Origin: Eledone cirrhosa
Taxonomy: Eukaryota
Direction of reading: 5' to 3'
Assembly (NCBI GenBank): GCA_964016885.1
Contig: OZ024747.1
Span: 57,536,001-57,600,000 of the forward strand
Length of the DNA: 64,000 nt
In this document: positions 13,130 to 27,772 of the stretch, one piece after another
How positions within the stretch are numbered: the stretch's first letter is position 1
Layout: the number at the start of each line of letters is the position of its first letter
Translations under genes and position numbers: made by a program
The notes under the pieces: generated by a model
Databases searched by the model: none
The model's input: only the letters and a program-made list of their open reading frames with translations
What the model was told of the DNA's origin: nothing

Positions 13130-14144
13130 AGTTATTAGTTTTAATAATGTAATACTGATGACTGGTGTCATTTTAAATTCGTTGTCACATAAGTCTGACT
13201 ACTATGTTGTCTCCTATTCCACCTGCAGGTGTTTAACTGAGTTTAGGTGTGTATATGTGTGTTGGACCTTCGTCAGTTTCGACGATGAGTCATCCAGTTG
13301 TTTAATCAACAAATCACCATGAGAAATTAACGTGTAAGTAGCAAAGCATTCAACACCGTTAAATGTATGTGTGTATGTGTATGTATATATGTATGTGTGT
13401 GTGTGTGTGTGTGCATGTGTATGTGTGTGTGTATTTATGTGTGTGTGTGTTGGACCTTCGTCAGTTTCGACCATGAATCTTCTAGGTCTTTAATCACTGT
13501 TTAAACAGCCGTCGAAATTAACGTTCAAGTAGCTAAGCATACAACAGCAGTATGTACAATTAACATAATTCTTAAGGAGATTTGGCGTGGTAGACTGTGA
13601 TAAACCTGACCCTTTGAATTACCGGGATGACTCATTTTTATCAGCCGAGTGGACTGGGGTAACATGATATAAAGTGTCATGCTCAACGACACAACATGCA
13701 GTCGTGAATTGAACTCTCGATCGTACGATCGTTAGCCAAATATCCTAACAACTAAGCCATCTGTCTTCATGGGCGCCATGCAGGGATTGGCAAGAAATCA
13801 GAGGTCTTCATTGTGAAGAAGACAACACTCAAGTTGAGAAGTATCGACTGTTTTAAACAATCAAATAATGGAGAATTTAAGCAAATAAATCATGCGTGGC
13901 TGAGTGGTTAGACAATTGGATTCGCAATCCTTTTGTTCTAGCGGTGACATACCTGTGCGTTACTGGTACTTTATTTTATCGACCCAGTAAGGATGAAAGT
14001 TATTGTTAATCTCGGTAGGATTTGAACTCAGAATGTAAATGTCCGTAACTATATACCACGAAGGATGGCGATGGTCATCTAAAATACATAGCGTAATGCG
14101 GCTGTTTGCTTGCAAACGAATCGGTCATTATTATTATTCGATAA

Positions 14145-14545
14145 GTCGGTGAATTGGCAGTATCGGTAGAGAGTCGGACACCATGCTTTGACGCATAGAG
14201 TTACGGCCCTTGCCATTCTGAGTTCAAATCCCGCCGAGGTTAACTTTGCCTTTCATCCTTACGGGGTCGATAAAATAAAATACCAGTAATGTACTGGGTA
14301 ATTGCTGGCCTTGTGCCAATAGTAGAAACAATTATTATTATTCGATATAAGGGCGGTGGATTGGCAGTATCGGTAGAGAGTCGGACACCATGCTTTGAAG
14401 CATAGAGTTACGTCCCTTTATGATCTGAGTTCAAATCCCGCCGAGGTTAACTTTGCCTTTCATCCTTACGGGGTCGATAAAATAAAGTACCAGTAATGTA
14501 CTGGGTAATTGCTGGCCTTGTGCCTAAAATAGAAACAATTATTAT
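14145..14545 (+). mobile_element. Two tandem Nin/Deu-like SINE copies
   Basis: Same core as 8335; separated by TTATTATT. Confidence 0.85.
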
Positions 14546-15254
14546 TCGATATAAAACTCACGAATGCATTTACGTATCCGCTATGTTAGAGCGAAAAACT
14601 AAATTCTAATCGTACAAATAATTATCTGTATTTAGGAATACATCATTACAATACATATTTTGATGCAATCTGTACCTAAATTCTGGGATACTAAGTGCGT
14701 CAGCACGTTTGTACTTCTGCTCCACGATAAAAAATAGAAACCGTGTGGGAACCACTGCCCTAAATAGTTGCTTAATTTGCTAAAAATAACAACCAAACTG
14801 CTTAAACGTTTTATTCGAACTTTAAACAAACATAGTTATTTGAAAAATTGCTTAGAAATATTTAGATGAATTTGAACTGGTCAGACAACAATTTTGGTGC
14901 TTAGTTCTTTTGAAGAAAGATACTGTTGACGATTTGTAAAATAAATGAAAATTGAATGATGTTTCACAGTTCATCAATAGGTGATACATTTTGTTTAAAT
15001 CAAGTTAATCCAGTATATGAACTTGATGCAGTGTGTCGACAATCTTCTGTTAACGATGAACGAGGATACATATATCAGACAGACACGTTGATCTCACGAC
15101 CATCATGGACCAACCAATCATACATTATTTTTAGTGATAATTAATGTTTAGAATTAATTTAAAAAAATCGATACGTCAGAAGGTCGTTATTTCTATCTTC
15201 GGCTATGGTCTAAAATCCAACAAAACTCTTCTCAAACAACAGCGTAACATTATT

Positions 15255-15565
15255 TCCCGCCGAGGTTCACTTTGCCTTTCATCCTTACGGGGTCGATAAA
15301 ATAAAGTACCAGTAATGCACTGGGTAATTGCTGGCCTTGTGCCAAAAGTAGAAACAATTATTTAAAATAAGGGCGGTGAATTGGCAGTATCGGTAGAGGG
15401 TTGGACGCCATGCTTTCTAGCATAGTTACGTCCCTTTACAGTCTGAGTTCAAATCCCGCCGAGGTTAACTTTGCCTTTCATCCTTACGGGGTCGATAAAA
15501 TAAAGTACCAGTAATGTACTGGGTAATTGCTGGCCTTGTGCCTAAAGTAGAAACAATTATTTAAA
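15255..15565 (+). mobile_element. Truncated plus full Nin/Deu-like SINE copies
   Basis: Same core as 8335. Confidence 0.85.
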
Positions 15566-16454
15566 ATAAGTACATATATGCACATACTATATGATAATAT
15601 AATTCAGAATGCGCTGTCCAGAAATATAATGGGGTAGTCATGGCTGGAACGATTTAATGAAATGTCTACTAGACCAAAGCTTACCCGAGCCACTTCCCCA
15701 CCTACAACAACAACAACAACGACAACAATAACAAGACTAACACGAGGAAGAAAAATAACAGAAACAACATGAAACGAATGAAACTTTTATTGCTTTATAA
15801 GTAATTTAATTTTAGCGATATTTCAGAAGCAATATACGCATGTTTCCCTACATTACGTTTTAATAAACTATATAGCAATACATAAATAGGAGCTTACTGA
15901 AATATAAAATAAACATACAACATGAAACAAAATCAGCGCAATATTTTTAAAATGAATTATAACTGACAACCAATATGTCTGTAAATGTGTGAAACTCAAG
16001 ATTCTCAAAATGCTTTCATTTTACACCATCGTAATTACAATATATTTGCGTTTTATGTATTGTATCTTTAATAATCCATTTATATACCAAAATGGCTTCG
16101 GTACAAACATAAAAAATGATGATTATTAGCAGACATGTCTTCAGATGTATGAAGGAAGTTAATGTTTAAATTCATAAGAATATTTTTAATGGTATAGGTT
16201 GAGCGCCGTTGAGCTACATGTTTATATTCATAAGAATATTTTTAATGGTACAGATTGAGCACCATCGAGCTACTTGAAAAGCTACAAATTAGCCGCATCG
16301 TTTAAAGCATTGGATGAAATATCTGTCCCTATTCATTCTGCTTTCTTACATTCTGAATTCACACGCCACCGAGATCATTCTTGTTTATCATCCTGTCAGA
16401 GTTAATAAACAAAGTATTATAATAGGGTGATGGACTGACGGAATTGTTATACGA

Positions 16455-16790
16455 ATAATGATGTCCTTAGCCCTAGGGCAACCTCCAGCTCAGCACAATC
16501 GGTACAGAGTTGCCTACTCGCAGGTGTGAGCCTTGTGAGCTGGAATGGCTCTCCCAGCTCGCCTCCCTCACCATCCTCCGGGGAAATGGCTTCTCAATTC
16601 AGTCCGCCGAGGCCGCGAGACGGCCAGCGCGTGAGCCCTCATTTACTCATAATAGTGGGAGATGGGGAGAGCGCGAGAGTCGGAGACACTGATTGTAGGT
16701 TCTTTTGTGTGCAGACCTGGTGTATATGTATATGATTCCTAAATGATCTGTATATTTGAAAATGTTGAAAATAAATCTTGATTTGTTGGA
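16455..16790 (+). mobile_element. CRE-clade retrotransposon 3' end (restriction-like endonuclease C-terminus and 3' UTR)
   Basis: EPCELEWLSQLASLTILRGNGFSI matches the CRE terminal motif QRxSxAIxRGNAxSI; AATAAA downstream. Confidence 0.7.
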
Positions 16791-17138
16791 TAAAACAACA
16801 AAAACAAAACTAAGTTGTATCTGTTATTTCAAATTTTAAAATAAATATTTTTTTACGAAAAACAAAACAAATAAACGAAAGACTCACGTTCCTTCACATC
16901 ATGTGATCACCATCTCAACGCATGCGACATGATCTCGTCACCCTTCCTCCTGCCAAAGTGGAAAATCACCATTTTCAGACTGAAAAATGTCAGCAAATTC
17001 AAGCAAATTACACACCATCATATCAATTCGTGAACCGAAACGCTGCTGTATATGATTATAGCAGCATATATAAAATATACACAGAGTTGTATATATATAT
17101 ATATATTCCGAGGCAACACAATACTTTTTCTATACTTG

Positions 17139-17182
<44 letters not shown>

Positions 17183-17333
17183 GTCAATACTCATCTGTTT
17201 CCATTTCTCCGAGGGTTCTTAACCCCACTATCAGGCTAAATAATTTCTTTAGTCAAAATACGGCGATAGCTTACATTTATAATAATATATATATATATAT
17301 GAGAGTATTGAAGTTTGCTTGAAGCATTGTGGA

Positions 17334-17385
<52 letters not shown>

Positions 17386-17781
17386 TTTAGACATAAAAGG
17401 TTCTTTTCAGTGAGCAAGGCAGAGAGAGAGAGAGATCAGTTGCAGCACTCGTACTTAACTTATTGACCTCGAAATGATGAAAGTCAAAAAGCTGAACTTG
17501 GTGGTATTTGAACTCAAAACATAGAGGTTTGGAATACAGATTTGTGTATGTGTCTGCCTAGATCTACGTTGGCTTCTAGAAAGTTGACGCTGGTGAGGTT
17601 CCCTGTAGGCCATAAGTAAATACAAATATTTAGCCGTTGAAAATTAGTTATGCCTGTGTAATAAATATAAAATCCCACATCACCAATAAACCCAAGAGTT
17701 CCACTACATGAGGGTCGCTTTAAAAGCAGTTTCCATAACAATGAAATGACCTTTGTCACACGGTCAATCCACCTGTGGACC

Positions 17782-18084
17782 CAGGACCGGATTTAATGGG
17801 CGAAAAGAGGGCAACTGCCCCGCCCCTCTGCAGTACGGGAACCCACCAGCGACGGCTGCAGAAATTTATTTGTGCCGAGAGCTGAGCTTTTTAGTTTCAG
17901 GATGCTTAGAATTTTTGAATTTAACACCTGTATGTATAACTTTTCAATTCCAATTGCTTGCGCAAAGCTAACTTTGATATGTGAATTTTGGTGGGTGGGC
18001 TGTTGTGTATTTTAATTTTCTGTGTATGAGGGACCCCTCCAAACCTGAAGTGCCCCAGGCCTCCAAGTTCTACATCCAACACTG
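17782..18084 (+). mobile_element. hAT-type MITE
   Basis: Imperfect TIRs CAGGACCGGATTTA / TACATCCAACACTG; 8-bp TSD TGTGGACC at 17774-17781 and 18085-18092. Confidence 0.85.
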
Positions 18085-18534
18085 TGTGGACCCCCAAAGA
18101 TAGCGGCTGCTATAATAGTGTGACACCCCTGTTTAGTTTATCTGTTCGAAACGAGGGTAAAACCAAAATACTCATTAAGCGTAATTTTGAACTACATACA
18201 CACAATCTAACCGTTCACTTCAGTTATTATTTATAGACATTTCACCTAGTCCACTTTTAGTTACACGGGGGTGTTCAGGGTTTTTTCCCAACAACAGCGT
18301 CACTGATTTCTCCATTAAATGGAGGATCATATATTCATAAATCTTTGTGGCAGTGAAATTATCATACTTATTCTGTATCTACGTTCTTTAAAAGCAAATT
18401 AGGTTATTCTCTGCAAAGTATTAGTTATGTGGTTTTCTATGATATTGGCTGTGTACAAATCTCCGAGGCCTTGGGTTTTTAGCTCTAATTCTCTCATAGT
18501 CATCAAAGAGCTACATATATATCGGTTTCTTTTG

Positions 18535-18611
<77 letters not shown>

Positions 18612-19083
18612 TAGAATTAAAGGAGAAAAAACTAAATACGTAAGTATAAACAAGACAGACGGAAAAAATGTCCCATCTAACTTTACTTATATATATCCCC
18701 CCACTGCCTAGGGGCGGGGCAAAGGCCCTCTTTGCCCCCATTAAATCCGGCCATGGATCCACACATGGATTGACCGTGTGACAAAGGTCATTTCTTTGTT
18801 ATATATATAAGTGATTTCTATAAGTTGATAAAACAGCAGTAACACGTTCGGATGTCTATTTAAAGCTCAAATGTGGTTTATTTTATAACCAGAATAATGC
18901 GATATTTCAGTGCTACATCCAGTTGGTATACCCCCGGACGTCTTAGATTTAAATCATAAAGCATATATTCACAAAGAAATAAGTCACCAAATTCAAACGT
19001 TTGATCAAATATAAGGATAATCAGTATAAGCGAAGTTGCAGCGGTACTATAGCAGATGCTAATCAAATTATATATATATATAT

Positions 19084-19359
19084 ATAAGAGGCTTAGCTCT
19101 GTTTCTCGACCGTTATATCGCGTGACTATCTCCCCCTCCGCCTTTTGGGATTCTTTCTCACGTCGTGTAGACGCGTTCTTGAGACTAGTAAAATGAGGTA
19201 TCCTCTTGATAAGTCGGCAGACCTCGCAAGGACTCTATATCTTTATGATATATTGTTTTTGTTTATGCCACGAAACTACGTAGTCGAGGAATTTAGGAGC
19301 AGTTTAGGTATGATACATTTTATTACTAATTATATCTAAATGTTTCTTCTCTCTTCATA

Positions 19360-19364
<5 letters not shown>
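19084..19364 (+). mobile_element. Partial copy of the 590-nt retrozyme-like element, in (AT)n
   Basis: Near-identical to 32363-32639. Confidence 0.9.
19201..19290 (+). ncRNA. Type I hammerhead, family D (U3-A8 core)
   Basis: TCCTC-TTGATAA-GTCGGCA...TGCCAC-GAAACTACGTAGTC-GAGGA. Confidence 0.8.
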
Positions 19365-19397
<33 letters not shown>

Positions 19398-19934
19398 GTG
19401 TGTGTGTGTGTATGTGTGTGTGTGTGTGAGAGAGAAGATAAATATATATATATATAGAGGGAGAGATTAATAGACTTAAACATAATGACCAAGTTAAAAT
19501 GCCCAGGGACGTATTCTGCATGTATATTAAATACCAAAGTCAATGCTAATGCACTTATTGTAAGTCAGGAAATTTTCAATAATATAAATCAACTCTGGGT
19601 GGTAGAGAAGGAATTTTTGACATAATGATAATTTCTAGTAGTGTATGCATACAAGTAGGGGAGACAACCACAAAATAATAATTAATTAAATCTAATTGAT
19701 AAATAGAAAGTGGTCAATACAGAGCGGAGAGAGCGAGTGATCGAATAAGAATCTTTGTAACAATCAAAGTTCACTAACAGTACTATAGTAGAAAACACTA
19801 AGACTTTTGATTGGAAGTGTAAGAGTCTCTCGCTGTTAGGCTATTGTAAATGCAATGTTATTAATGAACAATATGCATGATATGTCACTGGCTTGAACCA
19901 ACTCGCAATCAAACCACCAGTGTCTAAACATTAA

Positions 19935-21310
19935 CTAGCACCACCACCACCACCGCAGCCATCTTCATCAGAGACATAGCCACCGCTACCTCTACCAACA
20001 CAATCACCGCCGCCGCCACCACAACTACCACCACCACCACCACAACTACCACCACCACCACCACCGCCACCACCACCGCAGACATCTTCATCAGAGACAT
20101 AGCCACCGCTACCTCTACCAACACAATCACCGCCGCCGCCACCACAACTACCACCACCACCACCGCTGCCACTACAACTACCACCACCACAATCACCACC
20201 ACTAGAACCACCATCTTCACAACCATCATCACCACCACTACTACCTCCTCTACTACCGCTACAAACAACATCACAACCGCCATCATCCTCCACCGTTACC
20301 ACACCACTACAACCCATACACTACCATAACTATTGATACCACATCCACCACCACACCACCGCAACCACCACCCCTATCACGCCACCACACAACCACTGCC
20401 ACACCACCACAACCACCACCACCACCACTATCACACCACCACCACCACCACACAACAACTGCCGCACCACCACCACCACCACCGCCACTACCACATCACC
20501 ACCACCACCACCAAAGCCACCACCACCACCACCACCACACAATTACTGCCAGTATCACAACACCACCACAACCACCGCCGCCACTACCACAACACAACCA
20601 CCGCCACAACATCCACCACACAACTACTGCCAGTATCACACCACCACCACCACCACCACCACTACCACTACCACACCACCACCACCACCACCACCACCAC
20701 CACTACCACACCACCACCACCACCACTACCACTACCACACCACCACCACCACCACTACCACACCACCACAGCCACCACCACTACCACACCACCACCACCA
20801 CTACCACACCACCACCACCACCACCACCACTACCACACCACCACCATCACCACCACCACTACCACTACCACCACCACCACTACCACAACCACCACCACCA
20901 CCACCACCACTACCAGACCACCACCACCACCACCACCACTACCACACCACCACCACCACCACTACCACTACCACACCACCACCACCACCACTACCACACC
21001 ACCACAGCCACCACCACTACCACACCACCACCACCACTACCACACCACCACCACCACCACCACCACTACCACACCACCACCATCACCACCACCACTACCA
21101 CTACCACCACCACCACTACCACAACCACCACCACCACCACCACCACTACCAGACCACCACCACCACCACCACCACTACCACACCACCACCACTACCACAC
21201 CACCACCACAACCACTACCACACCACCACCACTACCACACCACCACGACCACCACCACTACAACACCACCACCACCACCACTACCACACTACCACCACCA
21301 CCACCACCTC
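19935..21310. repeat. (CAC/CTAC)n low-complexity trinucleotide array with internal 122-bp duplication
   Basis: Direct inspection; the His/Thr/Pro and Gly/Val ORFs are translations of this repeat. Confidence 0.95.
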
Positions 21311-21973
21311 TAGCGGTCGCCCAGTCCTCGTGTCCATCAAGCTTTGTTGCAGAAAGTTTTGACATGTAATATTGGTCCGGCATCAACATTATATCATGGG
21401 ATTTTCACATGGAATAAGGAAGAATATCCCGAGTTAGATTGCATTCACTAATCATTATCAATGGCCTACAAAGGTTAGTTCCCGTGAGGGCTTTGATATG
21501 ATGAGAAATATGACAACATTTTCATCAGCTAATTAGATACATGCACGTTATATTTTTGCTGTGAAATTCCATGTAAATTCAGTGAGAAGTGAAGTATTGC
21601 CATATTAGTTTATCTCTCCGCCAAAGAAAGGATATAATCATATTCCAATAGATTATTCTTACTTCTGTTGTTGATGTGAGGTGCGTGTGCTTTGTTGGTT
21701 AGGGTGCGAGACTCGTGTTCGTAAGATCCCAATTTCAATGCCCGGCGATCTGTTTTGATATTTTATTTCACATTGCTCCAGTACACTTAGCTGAAAAAAA
21801 AATGTTATGAGTTTGCGATTCAAAGAACCAATCTAATCATACTGCGTCACGATAAAACTCTGAGGATTGCGTTTTACGAAATACATGCCTGGAGGACCCT
21901 CAGCTACTTTTTCGATAATTCATTCATACCTAGCTACTGTGTATAATCTGTTTAGAAATAGGTACAGTGCGTC

Positions 21974-22252
21974 GAGGGCCGGATTTAATGGGGAACAAAG
22001 GGGGTATTTGACCCAGGCCCCTGCAGTGGGGGTCCACTAGCGACAGCCGTAGTAATTTATGTGTGCCCTCAACTGTGCATGGTTGGAATTTTTTTAATTT
22101 TATACTTGCATGTATATCTTTTCAATTTTAATTACTTGCGCCATACTAAATTAATGTAAAATTAGAGGGTATGCTGCGTATTCTAATTTATGTGTATGAG
22201 GGCCCTTCCAAAACTGAAGTGCCCCGGGCCCCAAGGTCTAAATGCAACCCTG
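21974..22252 (+). mobile_element. hAT-type MITE, second copy
   Basis: GAGGGCCGGATTTA / TAAATGCAACCCTG ends; 8-bp TSD AGTGCGTC; internal similarity to 17782-18084. Confidence 0.85.
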
Positions 22253-25039
22253 AGTGCGTCCCTGCGTGTTGAAAGCAAATAAAAGGGTTAGTGTAATGAA
22301 GGGCATCTTGTTATAAAGCATTGACTGAGGGAGAAGTGACTCCCCATGATTAGTATACAGTGTTTCATATAGACCACAATTCTGATCCCGGCTTAAATGG
22401 GTAAAATAGCTTTAAAATGCTTATTGATGCTCCTTTTATAACATGTGTGAATCCCTTTGCCTTTCCTACTACCCTATCATCCCATGACTACACCCCTTCC
22501 CCTGAAAGGGTGATGCCCCAGAATGGCCATGGCGACTAAAGCCAGTAAAAATTTATAAAGTAATTTTTTTCTGAATACAGAAATCCTAAGAAAATGCTAC
22601 ATAACAAATGGCAAAACTTTCGAAACCTTTCGGCAATTAAGTATGACTTCATTACCAGCTCATTAATTAATGAGTATTGTTACTTCTAGTGCGGGGTGTG
22701 TGCTTTATTGGTTAGGGTGCCAGGCTCATGTTCGTAAGATCCTAGTTTCAATGCACGGCGATGCGTTTTGATATTTTATTTCACATTGTTCCAGTTTACT
22801 CAGCGGGAAAAAAGATGTGTTGAATTTGTGATTCAAAGAGCCAGTCTTACTATGAAACTCTCGGATAATTACGTTAACGAAACACGTGTCAGTGGGAAGC
22901 TCAGCCACTTTCTCGATAATTTGATGAGCTGGCTGTTCCGTTGATCAAACAACTGGAAAACTCTGTGTATATGCATGGACGGACGTATGCATGCACGTAT
23001 ATAATGTATAGAATAAGAGATAGGTAGATCAATAGATACATATTTACATGTGTGTGTTTACATAACCATTCGCTTACATATATATATGTTTCCCGCAGCC
23101 TTATTTATGAATCTTTGAGATTTCATAGCTATGAATATTGTATAAATCTCTATGAGTTAGTTGTGTCACAAGTGCATACGTATATTGTGTGGGGGGAGTG
23201 AAGAGGTGTACGTGTGTGCTTGAACATCTCCATACATTAATATATCATTTCACAATGCGTATGGCCGTGTGTATATTATATTTTGTATTAGAAAACTCAA
23301 TCACATAAAAAAACTCAAATAATAAAGCAATATTATGGTATTGCTTCTTGTTTATTCATAGTCTATTTTTAATGAATTGGAAAAAGTGGCAGAAAATGAA
23401 ACCGAAATTTAAAAGAAAAGTTGCTGTTATTGGATGGACGGGATAGAAAATGGCGTTCGTTCTTATTGGTTGATTGAATAATTTGATAAATGATTTATGA
23501 ATTCTTGTAACCTTATTAATACGGGTCATAGATTTTTTCTGTCTAACCATTAATAGAAAGGTAAAATACTTGCAAAATTTATATAACTATTTATACGACA
23601 ATCTAGGCTAGCAAGAGCTGAATAAATTATATGGTGTTCGCTGCTTTGTGAGATGAGTCGCACTATCACAGTATGGATTCTTGCTTGCAATGAATTTCTA
23701 AATCATTCACTACTAAATGCCTTCTCTATAGGAAATAGAATGAAATATTTTTTGTACTCAAATAAAAATGTAAGCCTTCGGCCTACGGACCTATCGATAT
23801 CTCCTTCTGCCACTTCTACTACTGCCACTGTACTACAGTGGTACTGCTTCTCTGAGCTTGTTGGTTTTACACCACCTCTTATCGATCTATTTTAACCCAG
23901 GCATCTCGTTTCTTCTCATTACCTATCTTATGTTAACCTCCTCCTCCGGTCTCGAACTTACCACAACGCTCAATTTTTCTCGCCCAGAACACCAGCCCTA
24001 TCGAATTCTCCCCAGCAAAAAGGGGTTTTGAAGTAGTTTAATCGGAAGACGAAAGGCATCAATATCTCTGGTCTTGGAGGTACCGGAAAGATCACTAGTA
24101 TTAGACTTCCACCCTACCTACAAATAAAACTTCCATAAGATTTATTCTGTGCTAGTTTCTATTCTCAGTAGAATAACCAATTTAAACTTACACCACAGGT
24201 AAAGTCCTGCAGAGGTGTATCAATTGTAGCTTCCCCGGAAAATCTCGTGATATGTATCTATGAAAAAATATATTTATTGAAACCAGAATTGTGACAATAT
24301 CAGAGTAATAGAAAACCTAACAAACTGTAGATATCTAACTCAAATCACATTAATATTTTCCAGGGCAGACAGAATATTTCATTATATAAAAGTTGAGGTA
24401 ACAGCCATTGGTGTACTGTTTCACTTTCGTAACTCCTGATAGTCGTAGGTACAGCGTTTCTTGGGCATTTTAAGCCTGGCAGAACCCATTCCTCTCCAGG
24501 CCTGAGTACAGCAAATTTCTTCCAGAAATAGAAATTGAGAAAGAGATATAGAGGAAGAATCCACCTCAGTACTAGAATGGTACTTTTTTATCGACCTAAA
24601 AAATATGAAAGGCAAATTTGACCTTGGTGGGATTTTAACTCCAAGAGCAGAGATCCGGAGCGAATACCATAAAATATTCTATCAGGCGTTCTAACGACTC
24701 TGCCAATTTACCGCCTGTATATCTACATATACAAACAATAAATATCCTAGGTATTATAAAATGAAATCAATTTTACATTTAAATTCATGAAATGTACATC
24801 AATATCAATAATGCATTATGGTTTCTATGACAAAATCGACCTCAACATATTATATTTAACTGTTTCAATGAATGTCAGGGAATAGGTAAAGTCATGGATA
24901 ACATTCCTTCCAGGATTTAAATATTTTTATTAACCGTTCTGAGTTCAAATCACCCCGATATCAATTTGGTTTTCATGTTACTTTGGTTTATAAACATATG
25001 TATTACTTAAGTTCAGATCTTTAAGCATGGCTTAGAAGT

Positions 25040-25310
25040 CTCTAGCGTCCCTTTGCAGGCCAAGTCGCTGGAGTTAGAGCAAGGGGCCGGCAAAAGGGTT
25101 AGATAGCATCATGGTCGTCCCATTCAGCAGTCATAAGCCCCTTGTTGAACGTGTCGCAGTGGCGACATCTGGCGTTCTTGGCCTCTGTTTCACTTCCCTA
25201 CTACACACTGAATCAGAGTGGAGTTGGAATGGCAGTTCAAACGCGTCTCCCTCGCTGTCTTCCCGGGTAACGCATACTCTAGTCTGTCATCTGAGATCAT
25301 GAGGCGGTTT
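25040..25310 (+). mobile_element. CRE-clade 3' fragment
   Basis: VAVATSGVLG (F.PxAxETxGxxG motif) followed, after a frameshift, by ELEWQFKRVSLAVFPGNAYS. Confidence 0.6.
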
Positions 25311-25896
25311 ACGCCTAGGATTCTGCTCTCCACTATTGTATCATAAGGGTAGCAATGGTATATATTTCTGATATTTATATCTGTCGACACACACACACAT
25401 ACAGCACATATAGTCGTACATGGTTGCTGAATAAGGATAACAATAGCTACATTACTAAACCCCTCCATAAGTAGCTTAAGTAATGAACTCATTAGCAAGT
25501 GATAAGTATGTATAGAATGTATGTACAACGCCACCTGTCAAGTGCTGATACCGATTTATCTAACGTAACCAACCTATAACCTGCGTTCAGCACTATATTG
25601 TTAAAGCGAGCATTGGCCTTTCAGGATTTGGCTTAATGTCACACAAGATGTACTGACGGTTGGTAAGACAGTTTTAAGTCAGAACTGAAGAAAGACGGCG
25701 TCTCTTGCGATTATCATATTTTGATATTTCATTTATCAACTTGGAAAGGATGAAAAGCTACACTTACCTCAAGAAAGAATAGAACTCAGAGCACTTGAAC
25801 AAAATACCGCAAAGCCTTCTCTCTGACATTCTAACGATTTTACCAATGCATCCACATACACACAGATGTTTGTGTATGTGTACGAATAAGTATGAG

Positions 25897-25927
<31 letters not shown>

Positions 25928-26074
25928 ACACGCATATATTTATATGTGTGTGTGTGTATGTGTGTGTATATGTGTATGTGTGCGTGTGTATATATGTGTG
26001 TGTGTGTGTATTTGTATGTGTGAGTATATGTGTGTATGTGTGTTTATATATCTCTGTGTGTGTGCGTGCGTGTT

Positions 26075-26113
<39 letters not shown>

Positions 26114-26689
26114 GTGTGTGTGTGTTTGAATTAGGGACTACGTCAGTACATGGTGAGTACATATGTACGTGTGTGGATGGAATAATGAGATAGCAAGCAG
26201 GCATCGTCTATTATTTTCTAGATCAAACTACCATGTAAAATGAATTACCAAATTCCATTACTCCACCCAGGCTTGAAATTACTTTTAATAGTTTCAAAAT
26301 GAACACATTTTTATTGTTGATATATTTATCCGATGTTTGATATACCAATAAAGAAATGGAAACATTAATATAGAGATAGATTATAGTTAGGTTGGTAGAG
26401 AGTTAGATTATTCTTAAATTATTTTACTGGGGGTTCAGACATTTGATTGCAGCACTGCCTTGAAGGGATTTAGTCAAACATATCAACTATGAACCCCAGT
26501 AATTATTTTTTCAAAGCTATCGAAATATTTTTTCGAAACACTAAGAGACTTAAACGCCCCCCGCCCACACAATAATAGCACGAACTCACCATCTTATAGA
26601 TAACCTATTTATCTCTATACATATATAGAGACACACATACATATGGAAGAGAGAAGATAAAGAATATAAATACATATATAGCTTCTGAA

Positions 26690-27170
26690 GTCCGTCACCG
26701 TCTCCGAGAGCCCACTCTTTCCGAACAGTCCTGTAAAGTGCTGGTAAAAGCCGCACACATCTGCTTGGAATCGGCCAGCACGCACCCATCTCAAAGAGCA
26801 AATTGGGGTTTTGTCCCTACGCTGGACCTCTGGTACCCGGACACATCAAGTTTCGTTCTCTCGTTTCTCAGACCACTCGTGTTTCACATTGAAGAAATGG
26901 TCGGATACCAATCTCACCACCAGCAAGTCGGTTGCAGTGCCACTCTTAACTTCCACATCTACTTTAGCTACAAACTCCCTCTCCTTTTCTTTTTCCTGTC
27001 GCTATTTCTTTACTAAATTCTATCGATTTTACTCTAATCGATCTATTGTTGTCCTCAACTAAAGTGGCAATTAGCTTACAGTAGGCTTCACGCGCTGAAT
27101 CTAATTGGATCCTTAGAGTCCGTCTATATAAACCATAAACCACAAGGAAACGTATTTGATGGGTATATAT
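26690..27170 (-). mobile_element. Possible decayed Tx1/L1 ORF2 fragment
   Basis: GC-richer island with weak motifs (SIRVKSIEFS; DGCVLADSKQMCAAF). Confidence 0.35.
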
Positions 27171-27492
27171 AACCATTTTTTCTGAAATAGACGTACAAAT
27201 TTGCATATAATTAGCGTTTGTATTAGTAATTAATTAAGGTGATTAGTAAGTAGGTCGCTGGCAGCAGAAGTGTATGACAACGTTATATCCTCATAAATAT
27301 AATTTGTGTAACTGAGACTTTACCAACGTGTATAAATATATACACATATCTAATATGTAAGTATCTAATATGTAGTATGTAGGTGCATCTCTGTTACACA
27401 CTCTGTATTTGTACATGTATACAAATATAATTTTATATATACACACACACGCATATATATATACATACAGTTTAGGGATTGTAACGTCTAAG

Positions 27493-27587
27493 CAGACATG
27501 TTTGATGAGACTTTGATTCCAGAGTTGGCCCCGATTAATAGAGATCGAACCTTGAGTTGATCAATCGCGGAACGTGCGTCATGCCTG
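27493..27587 (+). ncRNA. Degenerate hammerhead motif, family E (~58-nt stem II insert)
   Basis: TTGATGA-gactttgattcc...gatcaatcgc-GGAAC-gtgc-GTC-atgcctg-AATAAA; homologous to 34645-34730(-) and 34105-34185(-), which retain CTGAAGA/CTGATGA. Confidence 0.45.
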
Positions 27588-27623
27588 AATAAACTTAATG
27601 ATAATTTGACACTTTGTACTTAA

Positions 27624-27678
<55 letters not shown>

Positions 27679-27728
27679 TCCGGTTGGTTGGATGGTTGGT
27701 TTCATAACTGGATGGTTGTTTGTATATT

Positions 27729-27772
27729 GTCAAAGCTTTTTCATGACACATTCTGTGACCTCCTCAGTGACT
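27729..27772 (-). ncRNA. Hammerhead motif, family C, in a solo PLE pLTR fragment (27677-27815)
   Basis: Minus strand: AGTCA-CTGAGGA-GGTCACA gaa TGTGTCAT-GAAA-aagc-TT-TGAC. Confidence 0.6.

Noticed and set aside
13153-13290. CTGATGA at about 13154, CTGACGA(-) at about 13270, and CTGATGA(-) at about 19965 and 20087 as hammerheads
   Set aside because: No correctly placed stem II, GAAA or stem I partner.
20333-21313. 326-aa His/Thr/Pro-rich ORF and overlapping Gly/Val-rich ORFs
   Set aside because: Translations of a (CAC)n array, which lacks stops by composition; no splice or domain evidence.
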